Source: Felis catus (Eukaryota). Taken from it: a DNA stretch of 64,000 nt. Below are positions 49,701 through 64,000 of this stretch, in pieces (within the stretch, counting starts at the first letter, position 1; each line of letters starts with the position of its first letter). The stretch covers positions 102,302,001 to 102,366,000 of the forward strand of contig NC_058373.1 of assembly GCF_018350175.1 (NCBI RefSeq), read 5' to 3'. The position numbers and the translations under genes were made by a program. The notes below the pieces were generated by a model that saw only the letters and a program-made list of their open reading frames with translations, made no database searches and had not been told where the DNA came from.

Positions 49701-51697
49701 TCATATTATAAATATGATATGTTGCTATTTGAAATATCAGTGAGAATGGTATGTCTCATTCCCACTCAGGAGATCTGAGCCCTGGGGTGCCTGGATGGCT
49801 CAGTCAGTTAAGTGTCTGACTTACTTTTGGCTCAGGTGATGATCTCACAGTTCATGAATTTGAGCCCTGCCTTAGGCTCTGTGCTTATAGTGTGGAGCCT
49901 GCTTAGAACTCTCTCCCTCTCCCTCTGCCCCTCTCCTGCTCTCTCTCATTCAACAAAAATAAATAAAGTTAAAAAAAAAAATCTGAGTTCTGTGGGTTAG
50001 TTTAATCCAGGGAAGCAGCCTCAGTTTCCAACCAAGAGCTTCAGATAAGAGGTTTTTAAATTGTAGTTTAAAAGGAAACAGGTAATCAGGGTAGAATATT
50101 CCTAACAGAACTTCAAAAATGTTTTCAAGGGAAGGCCAAGGCCATGTAAACAATGTTTCTCCTCTGGCTATCAAGCCCCCGTCCTTTGGAGTGGTTACTG
50201 GGTTGTTTTGTTTTTTGTTTTTTTAACCAGTGATATCCATTGTTCTGCTTTGTTCCTGTTGCCTCCAGAACAAAGATTACAGAGAAACCTCAGTTGCTAA
50301 ACTGTCCCTGCTTCATGACATCACACATTCAGAGCTGATCCCCACTTATCCTGTTCCCTCTTCAGAATTCATCAACACCGGGCTCCAACACTAAGGTAAG
50401 CTCCTCCCAAGTGTCTTGTGCCCAGACATCCCAGGGTCCAGGAGAGGCCTTATGCTCCTCTTGTGGTAGCAGCAGGTAAATACACCAAACTTTAAGTACA
50501 AGTGTGTTTCTGGTGGTCTTCATCTGATGGGCTTTATCTTGACATGGAGTCTTGAAATCTTGAAATTGGTTACCATAAAGGAGCAAGACAAATCGTTCAT
50601 TGATTCCAGAAAAATCTATAATGTAAAGGGTAGAAAGCAGTTTTAGAGTCCAACCAACAAGGCTCTAGTCCTGGAGCTGCTCAGTTTCTGTTCTCAAACT
50701 TCATTAATGTGGGTAATAATCAAAACATCTATTTCATAAGGTGGCAAGAATATAATGAAATACCCTACCCAGAAAGCTTGGCATAGCTGCTGGCACACAC
50801 CGAGCACTTTATTAAAAAAAAAAAATTTTTTTTTAAAGGTTTGCTTATTTCTGAGAGAGAGAGTGCAAGTGGAGGAGGGACAGAGGAAGAGGGAAACACA
50901 GAATCTTAGGCAGGCTCTAGGCTCTAAGCTGTCAACACAGAGCCCAACATGGGGCTCGAACCCACAAACTGTGAGATCATGACTTGAGCCAAAGTCAGTC
51001 GCTTAACCACTTAACTGACACCCAGGCACCCCTAGTGAGCACTTTAAAATGGTAATTACTGTTAGCTGACCACAAAGAGGAAAGTTAGCATGATGACCAA
51101 ATCCTGTGTTCTCTGCACCAGGTCTGTTTCTGGCAAGACAGGAAGTGGGGGCTGGGTGGTAAATGGAACTTAATTAATCAATTTGCCTGAACAACAAAAG
51201 CTAAAGGAAGGTAAAAGGGGCTCTAAATTCTCCATTGGAATCAAAAGATGAAGTAATTGCAGATAAAGCATTCTCCTTTTTAAAAATTTGTTCTGTTTTC
51301 TCATGCTTTGAAGATGCTCTTATACTTTATATACCTAATAAACTTTTAATGCCTAGTGGCCCAAGCCTTGGAATAGCAGGCTACCATGATGAGAAAAGGG
51401 TAGTAGTGAAAAGAGTGTGGGCTTTGGCCCTGCAGACATGGGTTTAAATGCCAATACTGTCATTTTTTTAATCGATAGGTTAAAGGCTACATATGGCATT
51501 GGTCAAGAGACTTCTTCCCGAGCCTCCTTTTGATAACAGCATCTTCCTCATAGAATTTTAAGATAAATTAAAGTACAAATAACAGATTTTCCACAAATGG
51601 TAATTTAAGATATTAACAATGTCAACAACAATAATAACTATATCCTTGGATCTACCAATAGAAACTATGTACGTTTCTATTTAAAATATTGAGAAAT

Positions 51698-51895
51698 GGG
51701 GGCTCCTGGATGGCTCAGTCAGTTAAGCAACTTAATTTCGGCTCAGATCATCATCCTGCAGTTCATGCATTCAAGCCCCATCATGTCGGTCTCTGTTCGG
51801 ACAGTGCCAAACCTATTTGGGATCCTCTCTCTCCTTCTCTCTCTGCTCTTCCCCTGCTCGCATGCTCTCACTCTCAAAATAAATAAATAAACTGA

Positions 51896-51926
<31 letters not shown>

Positions 51927-52097
51927 CTAAACTAAACTAAACTAAACTAAACTAAAATATTGAGAAATGAGAGGTGCCTGGCGAGCTCACTTGGTTGAGC
52001 ATCTGACTTCAGCTCAGGTCATGATCTCATTGCTGGTGGGTTTGAGCCTGCATTGGTCTCTGTGCTGACAGCTCAGAGCCTGGAGCCTGCTTCAGAT

Positions 52098-52142
<45 letters not shown>

Positions 52143-52801
52143 GCCCCTCCCCCGCTCATGCTTTGTCTCTCTCTCTCTCTCCCTCTCAAAAAAAAAAAAA
52201 AGCATTTAAAACATTTTTTTTTTTTAATTTTTTTTTTCAACGTTTATTTATTTTTGCGACAGAGAGAGACAGAGCATGAACGGGGGAGGGGCAGAGAGAG
52301 AGGGAGACACAGAATCGGAAACAGGCTCCAGGCTCTGAGCCATCAGCCCAGAGCCTGACGCGGGGCTCGAACTCACGGACCGCGAGATCGTGACCTGGCT
52401 GAAGTCGGACGCTTAACCGACTGCGCCACCCAGGCACCCCTAAAACATTTTTTTAAAAAAATTGAGCAGCCCCTAAAACATTTTTTTAAAAAAATTGAGC
52501 AGCCCCTAAAACATTTTTTTTTTAAAAATTGAGCAGCCCCTAAAACATTTTTTTTAAAAAATTGAGCAATTGGGGCTCCTGGGTGGCGCAGTCGGTTAAG
52601 CGTCCGACTTCAGCCAGGTCACGATCTCGCGGTCCGTGAGTTCGAGCCCCGCGTCAGGCTCTGGGCTGATGGCTCAGAGCCTGGAGCCTGTTTCCGATTC
52701 TGTGTCTCCCTCTCTCTCTGCCCCTCCCCCGTTCATGCTCTGTCTCTCTCTGTCGCAAAAATAAATAAACGTTGAAAAAAATTAAAAAAAAATTGAGCAA
52801 T
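51698..52801. mobile_element. Cluster of four CAN-SINEs (51698+, 51971+, ~52215-52440 -, 52572-~52790 +) with a (CTAAA)n tail and a 33-bp tandem array
   Basis: SINE heads and tails with TSDs aaaatattgagaaat, taaaacattttt and aaaaattgagcaat. Confidence 0.9.
52441..52571. repeat. Tandem array, ~4 x 33-34 bp (TAAAACAT(T)nA(n)TTGAGCAGCCCC)
   Basis: Units start at 52441, 52474, 52507 and 52541; the last is partial. Confidence 0.95.
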
Positions 52802-54728
52802 GAAGAGCAAGAGGTATTGCTATCAAAAATTAGTAAAAATGACAAAATTTAATGTTGGTCACAACTATAAATTGGGAGAGTCTTTCTAGAAAACAAGCAT
52901 AAAAGATGTTTTCTAATCAGTTTCTTGTGGTAAAGGATGGGTAAGATTTTCCTTAATTCACAACACTGTAAGCCATTGCTTTCAGTCAGCATTCCGCAAC
53001 TCCCCCGAAATGTCCATTTTGAGATTTAAACAAAGTTGAACCCCTTCAAACTTTTCTTTGCTCCTCCACTTATTGCTGCTTTCTTATACCAATCATTAAA
53101 GGCTGTTGATGATTCTTCCCTCATAAAATGGTCTTAGAAAACAGCAGAAATGCAAGAAATACGTTGATTGACACTTTTACTATGTAGATGTTCAATATAA
53201 AGTGACAAAGAAATAATTTTTTTTATGCTGCTGTGAATTCATTTCAAAATGATTGAAAACACTTTTCAAATTTTCTGTAAAACTTAAGCACACACCTCTA
53301 AAATTATCTATGAAAATGTATAAATACAGCAGCGACATATTACAATTATTTAAAAGTTAGACACACGTATTAACAAAGCCTGGAAGGAACGGTGTGATGT
53401 GGCAAGATTGTACAGAGCTTTCTTGTATTTTAATTCTTACTGGTGTTGTAATAATAGTTTTTATACAACAAATAATAGTTTAAAAATTCTTGTGAATAGC
53501 TCAATCTAACTGTATGTCCCTGAAGATCTAATTAAATGTTAAAAGCTTCAGTTATTAAAAAAAAAAAATATATCTGTAAAACCCACTTCTTTCTTTAAAA
53601 GAAAATGTTTTACTTGCTGCATAATTTATTGTATTTTATATATGTTATAGATTACAAATTAACAATTTTCTTCTTCTTAGCTAGGTAAGCTATTTTTAAT
53701 TTTCCCATTATACATAATCCTTTAATTAACATATTTTAAAATGTCAAGTTTTGTTCAAGCTTTTCTTTTATATCACAACATTCCCCCCCGCCTTATTTCC
53801 CTAGTCTTTACAATGGGGGAAACAGTGATATAATTTTTTAAAACTGTTTTTAAAACTGAAATAAGTAAAAATACTTGTTAAACAATGCAAAATGTATGCA
53901 TTTACACCGCCACCTGTCACTCCTCGCCACTGCCACTTCCTTGTGAGTGTGATCCCTTTCAGTGTGACCACATTTCTGGTTATTTCCTGGGAGAGAATCC
54001 CAGTGGGGGAATTACTGAGCATCAAGGGCTCCAATAATTTAGAAATTATAGAAACATTAAAGGAAATCATTTGTGGCAAAATAGAAAAATTGAAATACCA
54101 TAGATGTACAATGAGAAACATTTGCACAAAAGAAGATAAAGATAAAAGTAATGGAGTGGTGAAATGTTTGCAATTAATATGTCAGATAGACATTTGGTAT
54201 CTAAAAGGGGACTGATAATAAATTTCTGTGGACAATAACTAGCATCCAGTAAGTAAGTAACTATTTTACAGAAGTAAATGAGAGCTAGGGGTAAAGGAAT
54301 TTGCCCAGTTCCTGAAGGGATTTACACTCTGATGCCTGTGCTAAGTCTAGATTCTTAATGAGTATAATATATACTTTCTTATATTCAGGACTAATGTGTA
54401 TTTGTTACATGAAGTTGAGATTTCATGACTAAATATGTAATGTGATTTATATTGATAGAGAGTATATATAGGAACTGTGATTGAACTTAACAGAATGCTG
54501 GAATAATTATTAGAAATGGTTTTACTGGATGAATTTTTCTGTGACTCTGATAATGAAATGTTGGGTGATTTCTTCTTTTGAAAGACTCCATGCTCATTAA
54601 CCCTGCCTTGTCACTCTCATTAATTTTTGTTAGTGTTTCGTTCTAGTTGTTTCCCAAGTGTTTCTTTTTGGGTAAATTATTTGTGCATCTGTATAAAACT
54701 AAGGAGACTTGTTTGTTTTGTTTTTTGG

Positions 54729-54762
<34 letters not shown>

Positions 54763-57700
54763 ATGGGGAGGGGCAGAGAGAGAGGGAGAGAGAATCCCAA
54801 GCAGGCTCTGTGCTGACAGCAATGAGAGGCTCAAACTCACAGACCCCGAGATCATAACCTGATCCAAAATCGGACGCTTAAATGACTGAGCCACCCAGAC
54901 GCCCTGAGAATATTACTCTTCTTTCTACTTCCACGTCCCAATTTTTCTCAGCTATATTAATGTGCCTGAGTAATACTGTATAATATTAACTTGTTTTTTT
55001 CCCTTTTCCATTTCTCCATTTAAGCAAGTTATGGGCTCTGAATGTTATCACTTCAGGGGAGGCATAGGACAGAGAGGAAAGCAGACTTAACCTGTAAAAT
55101 TTTTCCTGGCTTTTATTTTCCGTAAGCCTAAACTCATTGAGTTGCATAGGATTTGAGAAAGGGAGCTTGATGACTTACAGAAAGAAGAGGTGGGAGAGGC
55201 TTCTCCCTGAGATTTCATGAAGGTGGTAGTGAGAAGCTGTGTGAGACCCAAACACTGCTCCATGGTGGAGCCCTGGGAGGGTGGCATCAGATATATAGGA
55301 AAGGCAGGACACTGGCACAAGCTTCTCAACCTCAGCTAGGACTCCCATACCACATGTGGGACCCCAAAAGAGCAGGGATCTGCTGCATGGGAAACAACCA
55401 TTGGTTGAGGCTCTGAGTTACCTGAGTACAGATTACTGATGACTAGAGTGTCATCAGTAACTGTGGCCTTGGTAACTGTGTCTTTTGGGACCCAGGGGAG
55501 AGAAATCTCAAAAATGTTTGTGTTTACATTTCCCATTAAGCAGGTCTTAGAGGGAAGGTGGGGGGAATAAAGCGGATATTCCCCAGAGGCAGACATTGAA
55601 TTGAAGTGTAGGAAATAAAGTGTTATTTCTTACATACTTGAATTTGTTGGCTGAGGTTTATACTCTGCCACGTGATTTTTAAATTGTTAAGGCTTATGAC
55701 ATTCACATGCTACTCTGTAATGTCTCCTGTACTTTGCGCATTGTTTGATACCCCAAAATGAAGCCAATAAACCGTATGTATGATGTTATGATTACATACG
55801 TATTATTAACTGTAAGCCAAATATTGTGATTGGACTAATTTAGAAGGAAACCAAATCCTATGACATTAAAACTTTGCTGCTTAAATCTTTCCTTCCTTTT
55901 GTTCTGGTTCTACTTAGTTGACATCATTATTGTATAACCTGATGCCTTGGATTCCTATTTTTGTGCTGAAGGATTTCCTCTAGTAATTTTTCAGGTAGGG
56001 AGTATGAATGGTAGATGTTTTATTCCCAGATGTCTTTATTTTGTCCTCATGCTTAATTAACAATAAAGCTAATTTTTTTAAAAAAAATCTTCCTTTAGAC
56101 CTTTAAGACATTACTTCACTTTCTTCTATGTTCTTACTTTTTGTCCACTTTCTCTAACAGATTAAGGGAAGTAAATTAAAGTCTCTATCCTCTAGCATGT
56201 TTCTATTTTGCCTTGTATCTGCTATAGTTTTTGCTTTATGACTATTGGTGCTATGTTATTTGGTGTATAGATTTTATATTTTCATTGTGAATTCTGCCTT
56301 TATTATTACGAAGTATCTTGTTTAATGCTTTTTTGGTACAAATTATTAAGTTACTGCAAGTCTTAAGTTACTGCAAGTCCTTTAAGTTTTCTTAAAGGAA
56401 ACATCTTTAAGAAACTACACTGAAAGTTGTTCTGCAGCCAACTTCTGTCTTTGAATTTGCTGGTACTGAGCCTGAATCTTATCTGAGGCTTCTTAGAGAA
56501 GCTGACTGGCCTTTGGCCTAAGATGCAATTTCTTCTCTATTGATTTTTTTTTTTCAGGAAATTCAAATGCATTTGCTTTCTATTTTCCAAGTAGTTCTGG
56601 TACACTGATGGTACACTAATTGTTTTCTACTGATATGGTTTTTTTAAAACAATCTGTCTTGGAATTTCAGTGGGGGAGGCGGTAGGGTACAGGATGAATC
56701 ATGTGTCACAGTCTACAACTTGACCTGGAATCTTTCCTATAACAAAATCTTAATAAGCTCCATATTTATAGGAATAAAACATTGTTTGGTGTCCATCCAT
56801 TTTCTTCTTCTCTCTCTTATTCTTCAACATGCATTGGATGTTGAAATCATTTGATCATCTAATTTATCATCTTTACACTTTCCCTTAATATTTATTAAAA
56901 TCTTCAGTGCTGGAATTCTCTCCCCCCCCCCCCCATAATGAAAATGTTGGGAAGACCTATCTGGATGATGTATATCTAGTGCATTCAAAAATTTCAGTTA
57001 TATATTTTTTGATATATTAATGTTAGGTAGCCATTTTAAAATGGCATAATTCCAAACAGAATTACAGCAACTTGTAGTCAGAATATAGTACAATAATAAA
57101 ACATATATCAGTAGGTCCAAAGGTTTGAATAAATTTCTTGCAAGTAATTTTATTCTTTTTTTGACTGAAAATGACACTTTTATTTCCCCTAGGAACAAGC
57201 TTCTCCTAAAAGGAAATTGTTAAGCTCTAGATCACAGTTTCCCAGTTGTGCTTGAAGGGACCTGGCTGTGTGTGACTAAGTGTTAAAATGAGTAATACCA
57301 AGAGTGAGGGTCTAGGGATTCAGAGACAGCTGCCCAGTAAATTCCATGGGAGAACACAGGGTCTAGAGCCTTGGACTGAACCTTTAGAGGGAAAAGACAC
57401 AGAGGGACAGAAGGAAGACAAAAAGAGTACACAGACCATATGAGGGTAGAGAGGTGACGATTTCCAAGGTTTTAAGTTCAGGACAATCGGTACAGCGTCA
57501 TCACCCAAGTGCAGCCATGGCCATCTGTACAATGAACAGGCACACCTCCCAGACAGTGTGGGTTCCATTCCAGACCACAGGCACATCCCTTCTTGGAAAT
57601 TGGCGAGAGGCAAAGCATAGGAGTCAGTAGAAACAGACTACAGGGTGTGGCTAGAGACAGAAACCCTGAGCCCTGTTCTCTGTCATGCCAGGACAAGGAC

Positions 57701-59459
57701 CAGTTCAGATCAAGCTCTTGTAAATGAACAACCGGAGCAGCAGCAATCTCCTGACAGGAGCACCCAGGGCAGGTGTTCCTCATCTTTGTGTCCTAGAGCT
57801 GTGCTATCCAGGGGACTGTCATTTTATTCTTTTTTTTTAAGTATCACTTTATTTGTTTGTTGTTTGTTTTAGAGAGAAAGAGGATGCAAGTGAGCAAGGG
57901 GCAGAGAGAGAGAAGTGGGGCTCGTGTTTACCTGAAGCATGTTCACACCAAGCGGGGCTCAAGCTCACCTGATATGGGACTTGAACTCACAAACCGAGAG
58001 ATCATGACCTGAGCTGAAGTCAGATGCTTAATGACTGAGCCACCCAGGCGCCCCCTGTAACTTTATCCTTATAGTTTTTATACATTACCAGCTTCAAGGC
58101 ATTTCACAGCTAGAAGGCTAATAATATTTGCAATAAGTCATTTTTTTCTTAATATGCTAAATATTCAAGCAGAAATTTATATACTCGATTTAACTGTAAA
58201 TATAAGTGATGTCGTTATCTATATAATCTTAAATCCTCCTTTTGGAAGATAAATCTTTTTTCTTTTTTAATAGAGACATTAGCTCACCTATTTTAATTGT
58301 TAGCCTCATCAGAACCTGTGTAATCACTTTCATTTTAGAAATCTAATTGCTTGAGTCCTTTAAAGGAATCAAGTAGCAGTATGGAGACTCACCACGTGGT
58401 GGCAGCCGAAAGCCCAGAAACCAACAGTATAAGTCCTGGATGAAGCTTGTGTCCAAAAATTTATGTACAGCTGTCTTGTAGGACTGTAAGACAGTAATAT
58501 TAAAAGGCTACTGGAAACATTCTATATCTTGATCTGGGTAGTGGTTTCATAGGTATATACATATGTAGAAATTCATCAAGCTATATATTTAAGATGAGTG
58601 CATTTTACTATATTTATACCTCAATACAAAATTTAAGTGACTATAAATGAGAACAATTTTATATAAACCACCTTCAAATTGGTCCTAGTGCTAAACACAA
58701 CAAAAAATTTCAGAGGGAATACTAAGTATTAGAAATTTCCCTAAATAGTATGAAACTATTTTATGATAGTTGTTTTAGCTTATTACAATAAATTTAAAGG
58801 ATCCTAAAATTGTCAATTTAAGTTAAGACTGCGCCATCAACAAGAAAGCAGTAGCATGGGTGGATAAATCATGGGCATAATCACATTTGAAACACTATAG
58901 AGCAATGAGAATTAAGGAAGCATAGCTATGTGGATAAATCTCACAAGTACAATGTTGGGTGAAAGAAACAAGTTGCAAAGATCACTGATATACACTTTTT
59001 TTAATGTTTATTTTGAGAGAGAAACAGCGCACAAGCACATGTGTGCATGAGTGGGGGAGGGGCATAGAGGGGGGAAAGAGAGAATTCTAAGCGGGGTTCA
59101 TGAACCATGAGACCATGACCTGCGCTGAAATCAAGAGGTGGACTCTCAACCAACTGAGCCACCTAGGCATCTCTGATATATACATTTTTATATTAAGCTC
59201 AAAAACAGTCAAAATATATTGTTTATAGATGTGCACATAGGTGGCAAGCCTAAAGAAACACCAGAGATTGATTATAAAAGTCAGGATAGTGGTTACCCTT
59301 GAGAGGAGGGAGGAGAATGCCAGCAGAGGAGAGGAACACAGATTACTTCTAAGGTACTGGCATTGCTCTGCCATATTTCTTAACCTGGGTGGTAATTACA
59401 CAGGAGTTTACTTTGTACTTGCTCTTTAAGTGTAAAAAGGGTAGATTAAAAAGTGAAAA

Positions 59460-60660
<1,201 letters not shown>

Positions 60661-60764
60661 GGGGAAAAGTGAAAATCCAATAATCAGTATTTTATAGTGC
60701 AGGAAGCCCAGCAGTTTACCCTTTAGCAAACTGGAAGTAATCACAGGCACCTTTTATTATGTGT

Positions 60765-61007
60765 GGGGTTGCCAGATTTAGCAAATAAAAACAAGAAACT
60801 ACAGCAAATAAAAATAAGAAACTACAGCAATAAAAATACAGGATGCTTAGATAAGTGTGAATTTCTGATAATGAATAATTTTTTAGTATAAGTTATCCCC
60901 ACTTCTGGTCCCATGCAATATCTGGGACATACTCATGCTGAAAAATAATTCATTGTTTATCTGAAATTACATGTAACTGAGTATCCTGTATTTTGTCTGG
61001 CAGACCT
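60765..61007 (+). mobile_element. MER53-like hAT MITE with an internal ~23-bp tandem repeat
   Basis: TIRs GGGTTGCCAGA.../...TCTGGCAGACCTA. Confidence 0.75.
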
Positions 61008-61809
61008 AATTATGTGGCAAATTGCACAGGCAGAAGCAGTTCTCAGTGGCCCAGTGAGTGGAGGTCAAAGGAAGGGAAGAGGAGGAAGAAGTAGTTTTTT
61101 TAATTAATTAAGCAATTATTTATTTATTTATTTTTATTTTTTAGAAGTCTTAAACTAGCCTGACCCTAAACTCCTATTTAAAGAACAGAGTAATTAAATT
61201 TGATGAGTTTACCCATTATTGCAATAGTTCAGGTAATGAATCCACATGATGTGTCAAATAATTTCTATCAACAAAAAACAGTATCAGCAAATGTTTAAAA
61301 GAGCCATCAGTGTTTTTCTTAGAAATTGTTTATCTCTCACTGCATCAGTCTTTCTTCTGATAACTTTAGATATTGTGAAAGATGCCTGATGCTGATTCTG
61401 TGGCTGTTTTTCTAGTTAATAGTCAATGATTAGGAGTGAAGTTGCAAGGTAGGTTGTTTTGTTTTCAATGTTTGTTGTTTGTTTGCTTTGAGACAGAGAC
61501 AGGGAGAGAGAGCATGTGTGAGGGGAGGGAGAAGCAGAGAGAGAGGACAGAGAGCAGGCTTTTTGCTATCAGCGTGGAGCCTGATGTGGAGATACCACAA
61601 ACCGTGAGATCATGACCTGAGCCAAAATCAAGACACTTAACCTGAATGAGCCACCCAGGCGCCCCTGTTTTGTTTTGTTTTTGTTCTACAAATATTGTAA
61701 CAGCTTCCCACGTGCCAGGAAACCATCCTAGACTCAAAGAACGGAATAATGAATGACACAGATATAGTCCCTTCCTATGAAGCTCAAAGTCTAGGTCCTA
61801 CGGGATGGC

Positions 61810-61865
<56 letters not shown>
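61810..61865. repeat. (GATA)n tetranucleotide microsatellite
   Basis: Direct reading. Confidence 0.97.
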
Positions 61866-61897
61866 TATATGCACTTGATAAAACTTTATCCAGCAAT

Positions 61898-62390
61898 AGT
61901 GGATATCTGCTGTTTGCTGCCCAGCATTCCTCTTTATTAGGGGAAATCATCCAGATCCCATTCTATCTTATATGGTTTGGGTAGAATTGACCCCAAGCCA
62001 ATTGCCATGAATGACAATGCTTGATTCAAGGATGGGCATATAATCCAATTAGAATTGACGATCCTTAAAATCCTGTAAGTAAAGGTTTCTGGAAAAGAGA
62101 AGCATTCACTCATGCCTTTGCTAACAGCCACCATGTTGCTAACTTTAGGGGAGCCATCCAGATGACCAGGCCATCAGGTATACATTCCCAGAGGGCAGTA
62201 TTCACATGCACAAAAGATGCAGTCAACACCAGAAAAACCATCATGGTGCATTGTGGAGCCTTGATTCAAGATAGGCCTGAAACTCCCCACAGATTTTTCA
62301 GTTAAATGTAGCCAGTAAATTCATTCACTTCTTAGGACAGTTTGAGTTTCCGTTCCGTCATTTGTAGCAACTAGTCCTTAACTGATGCAG
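61898..62390 (+). mobile_element. Old MaLR-type LTR
   Basis: TTTTCAGTTAAATGTAGCCAGTAAATTC...TCCTTAACTGATGCA 3' end. Confidence 0.65.
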
Positions 62391-62683
62391 TGAAAGTCTA
62401 AGAGGAAATAAAGGTTTCTTTCCCATTCCCAACCTCCAGTATCACCCCCTAGAGATAATTGCTGTTATATATCTTTCAGACATTTGTTTGCACATATACG
62501 TATAATGTATGCCTTTTAATGCAAGTAGGATTTTATTGTACATAGGGTTCCACCACATGGTTTTTGTAAACCTATGTTGTATTGTGGACATCTTCATTTG
62601 TCGATGTATAATATTCTGCAAGTTGGATGTATCATCAGTTTAATCTATCTTCCACTGGTGGAAATTTATTTTTTTCCTCAATT

Positions 62684-62685
62684 TA

Positions 62686-62761
<76 letters not shown>

Positions 62762-62795
62762 CTTATACACGCACATACACACACACACATATATA
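62684..62795. repeat. Compound (GT)10(AT)12(AC)9... microsatellite
   Basis: Direct reading. Confidence 0.95.
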
Positions 62796-64000
62796 AAGCT
62801 TTTTGCATATATGTAACTGTATCCAAGGAAAAATCCTAGGAATGAAATTGTTCTTCCAAAGAGAATGTACATTTAAAAATTTTCCCCTCAGAATGATTAT
62901 ACCAATTCATACTTTTCTCAGAAACACCTGAGAATGTTTCTCCTCATCATTGCTAACAGTATTTTGTCAAATTTAAGACATTCTGCCAGTATGATAGTGA
63001 AAAGTAGTATTGTTTTCTTGATTTGCATTTATTCCATGAGTATATACACATAGAGACCCATACATGTTTAGGCTCTTTTATGCATTTGTTAACTATCGTC
63101 CTATAAATTTCCCATTTCACATCCTTTTTCTGTTTTTTTTTTTTTTTTATTTGGGTCATTTGTTTACCTCATTGATTTGTTTTATATATTAAGAAAATAG
63201 ATCCTTTTATCATAGGTGTTTTAAATTAAAATTTTCTTTAATGTTTATTTATTTTTTGAGAGAGAGTGTAAATGAGGGAGGTGCAAAGAGAGAGGGAGAC
63301 ACAGAATCTGAAGCAGGCTCCAGGCTTTGAGCTGTCAGCACAGAGCCCGACACGGGGCTTGAACTCATGAGCTGTGAGATCATGACCTAAGCCAACGGCC
63401 GCTTAACTGACTGAGCCACCCAGGCACCCCATCATACATGTTTTAAATATATTTTTCCCAAGATTGTTGTTTGTGCTTTAACATTACTTTATTTCTTTAC
63501 TTCTTTTTTTTTCCCTAAGTATAGCATTTCAAGCATACAGGAAACAGGAAAGAATTATATAATGGAGCACCTACGTGCCCACTATCCTGTTTTAAAATGT
63601 TACCATTTTGCAATATTTGCCTCACCTTTTTTTTTCTTTAAAAAAATAAAATGTTACAGATTAATTGAAGCTTCTTTTATATTTCCACTGATCTGGTTCC
63701 TGTCCATCTCTCTCCAGAAGTAATCACTGCCCTGAAGGCAACGTGTATGTTTTTGGAGACTATATATCTTAAAAAACCCCTTGCATGCACCGAAGGTTTA
63801 AATATTTTCTTGTCTCTCAGAAAAAAAAAAGACAGCAATAACAATTGATTGTTAATAGTTGTTCTCAAGTGTTACTAGAATTTGCAGACATCTTTCTAAG
63901 AGACATTAATTTCACATTATTGCAATAAGAAGGCTTGCAAAGATCCCATGAGAAGCTGTTCACAAACTGTGCCAGCCTTCTGATTAATGTTGCTAATAAA

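Noticed and set aside
52441..52571. CRISPR-like ~33-bp periodicity
   Set aside because: Contiguous tandem units with no unique spacers, no cas genes, and a mammalian context.
53665..53692. Plus-strand pyrimidine tract-AG-CTAG-GTAAGC micro-exon pattern
   Set aside because: No host gene or neighbouring exons were identifiable, and the pattern is expected by chance in AT-rich DNA.

Overview
Mammalian genomic DNA, almost certainly felid, judged from dense tRNA-derived CAN-SINEs including young SINEC_Fc-like copies. Positions ~1-35.6 kb carry DLGAP5 (HURP) on the minus strand: a non-coding exon 1 and coding exons 2-15 that I spliced by hand into one open frame (2039 nt, 679 codons + 2 nt), all with GT-AG introns. 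The 3' exons appear to lie beyond the left edge. The promoter (~35.49-35.70 kb) has the CCAAT/CDE-CHR layout of a G2/M gene. Positions 36-64 kb are intergenic and repeat-rich (CAN-SINE, L1, L2, MIR, MaLR/ERV LTRs, hAT and Tigger MITEs). The most notable observations are: (1) a TSD-flanked chimeric retrocopy joining full-length U6 snRNA to an unidentified polyadenylated 3' end, inserted in sense ~45 nt upstream of DLGAP5 exon 5; (2) two near-identical head-to-head young SINEs sharing a variant absent from other copies, with a spacer tandemly amplified four times; (3) two inverted copies of a ~200-bp TG...CA element with a conserved hairpin. No prokaryotic-type system or CRISPR array is present. 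Repeat family names and human comparisons come from recall, not database searches, and repeat boundaries are approximate.
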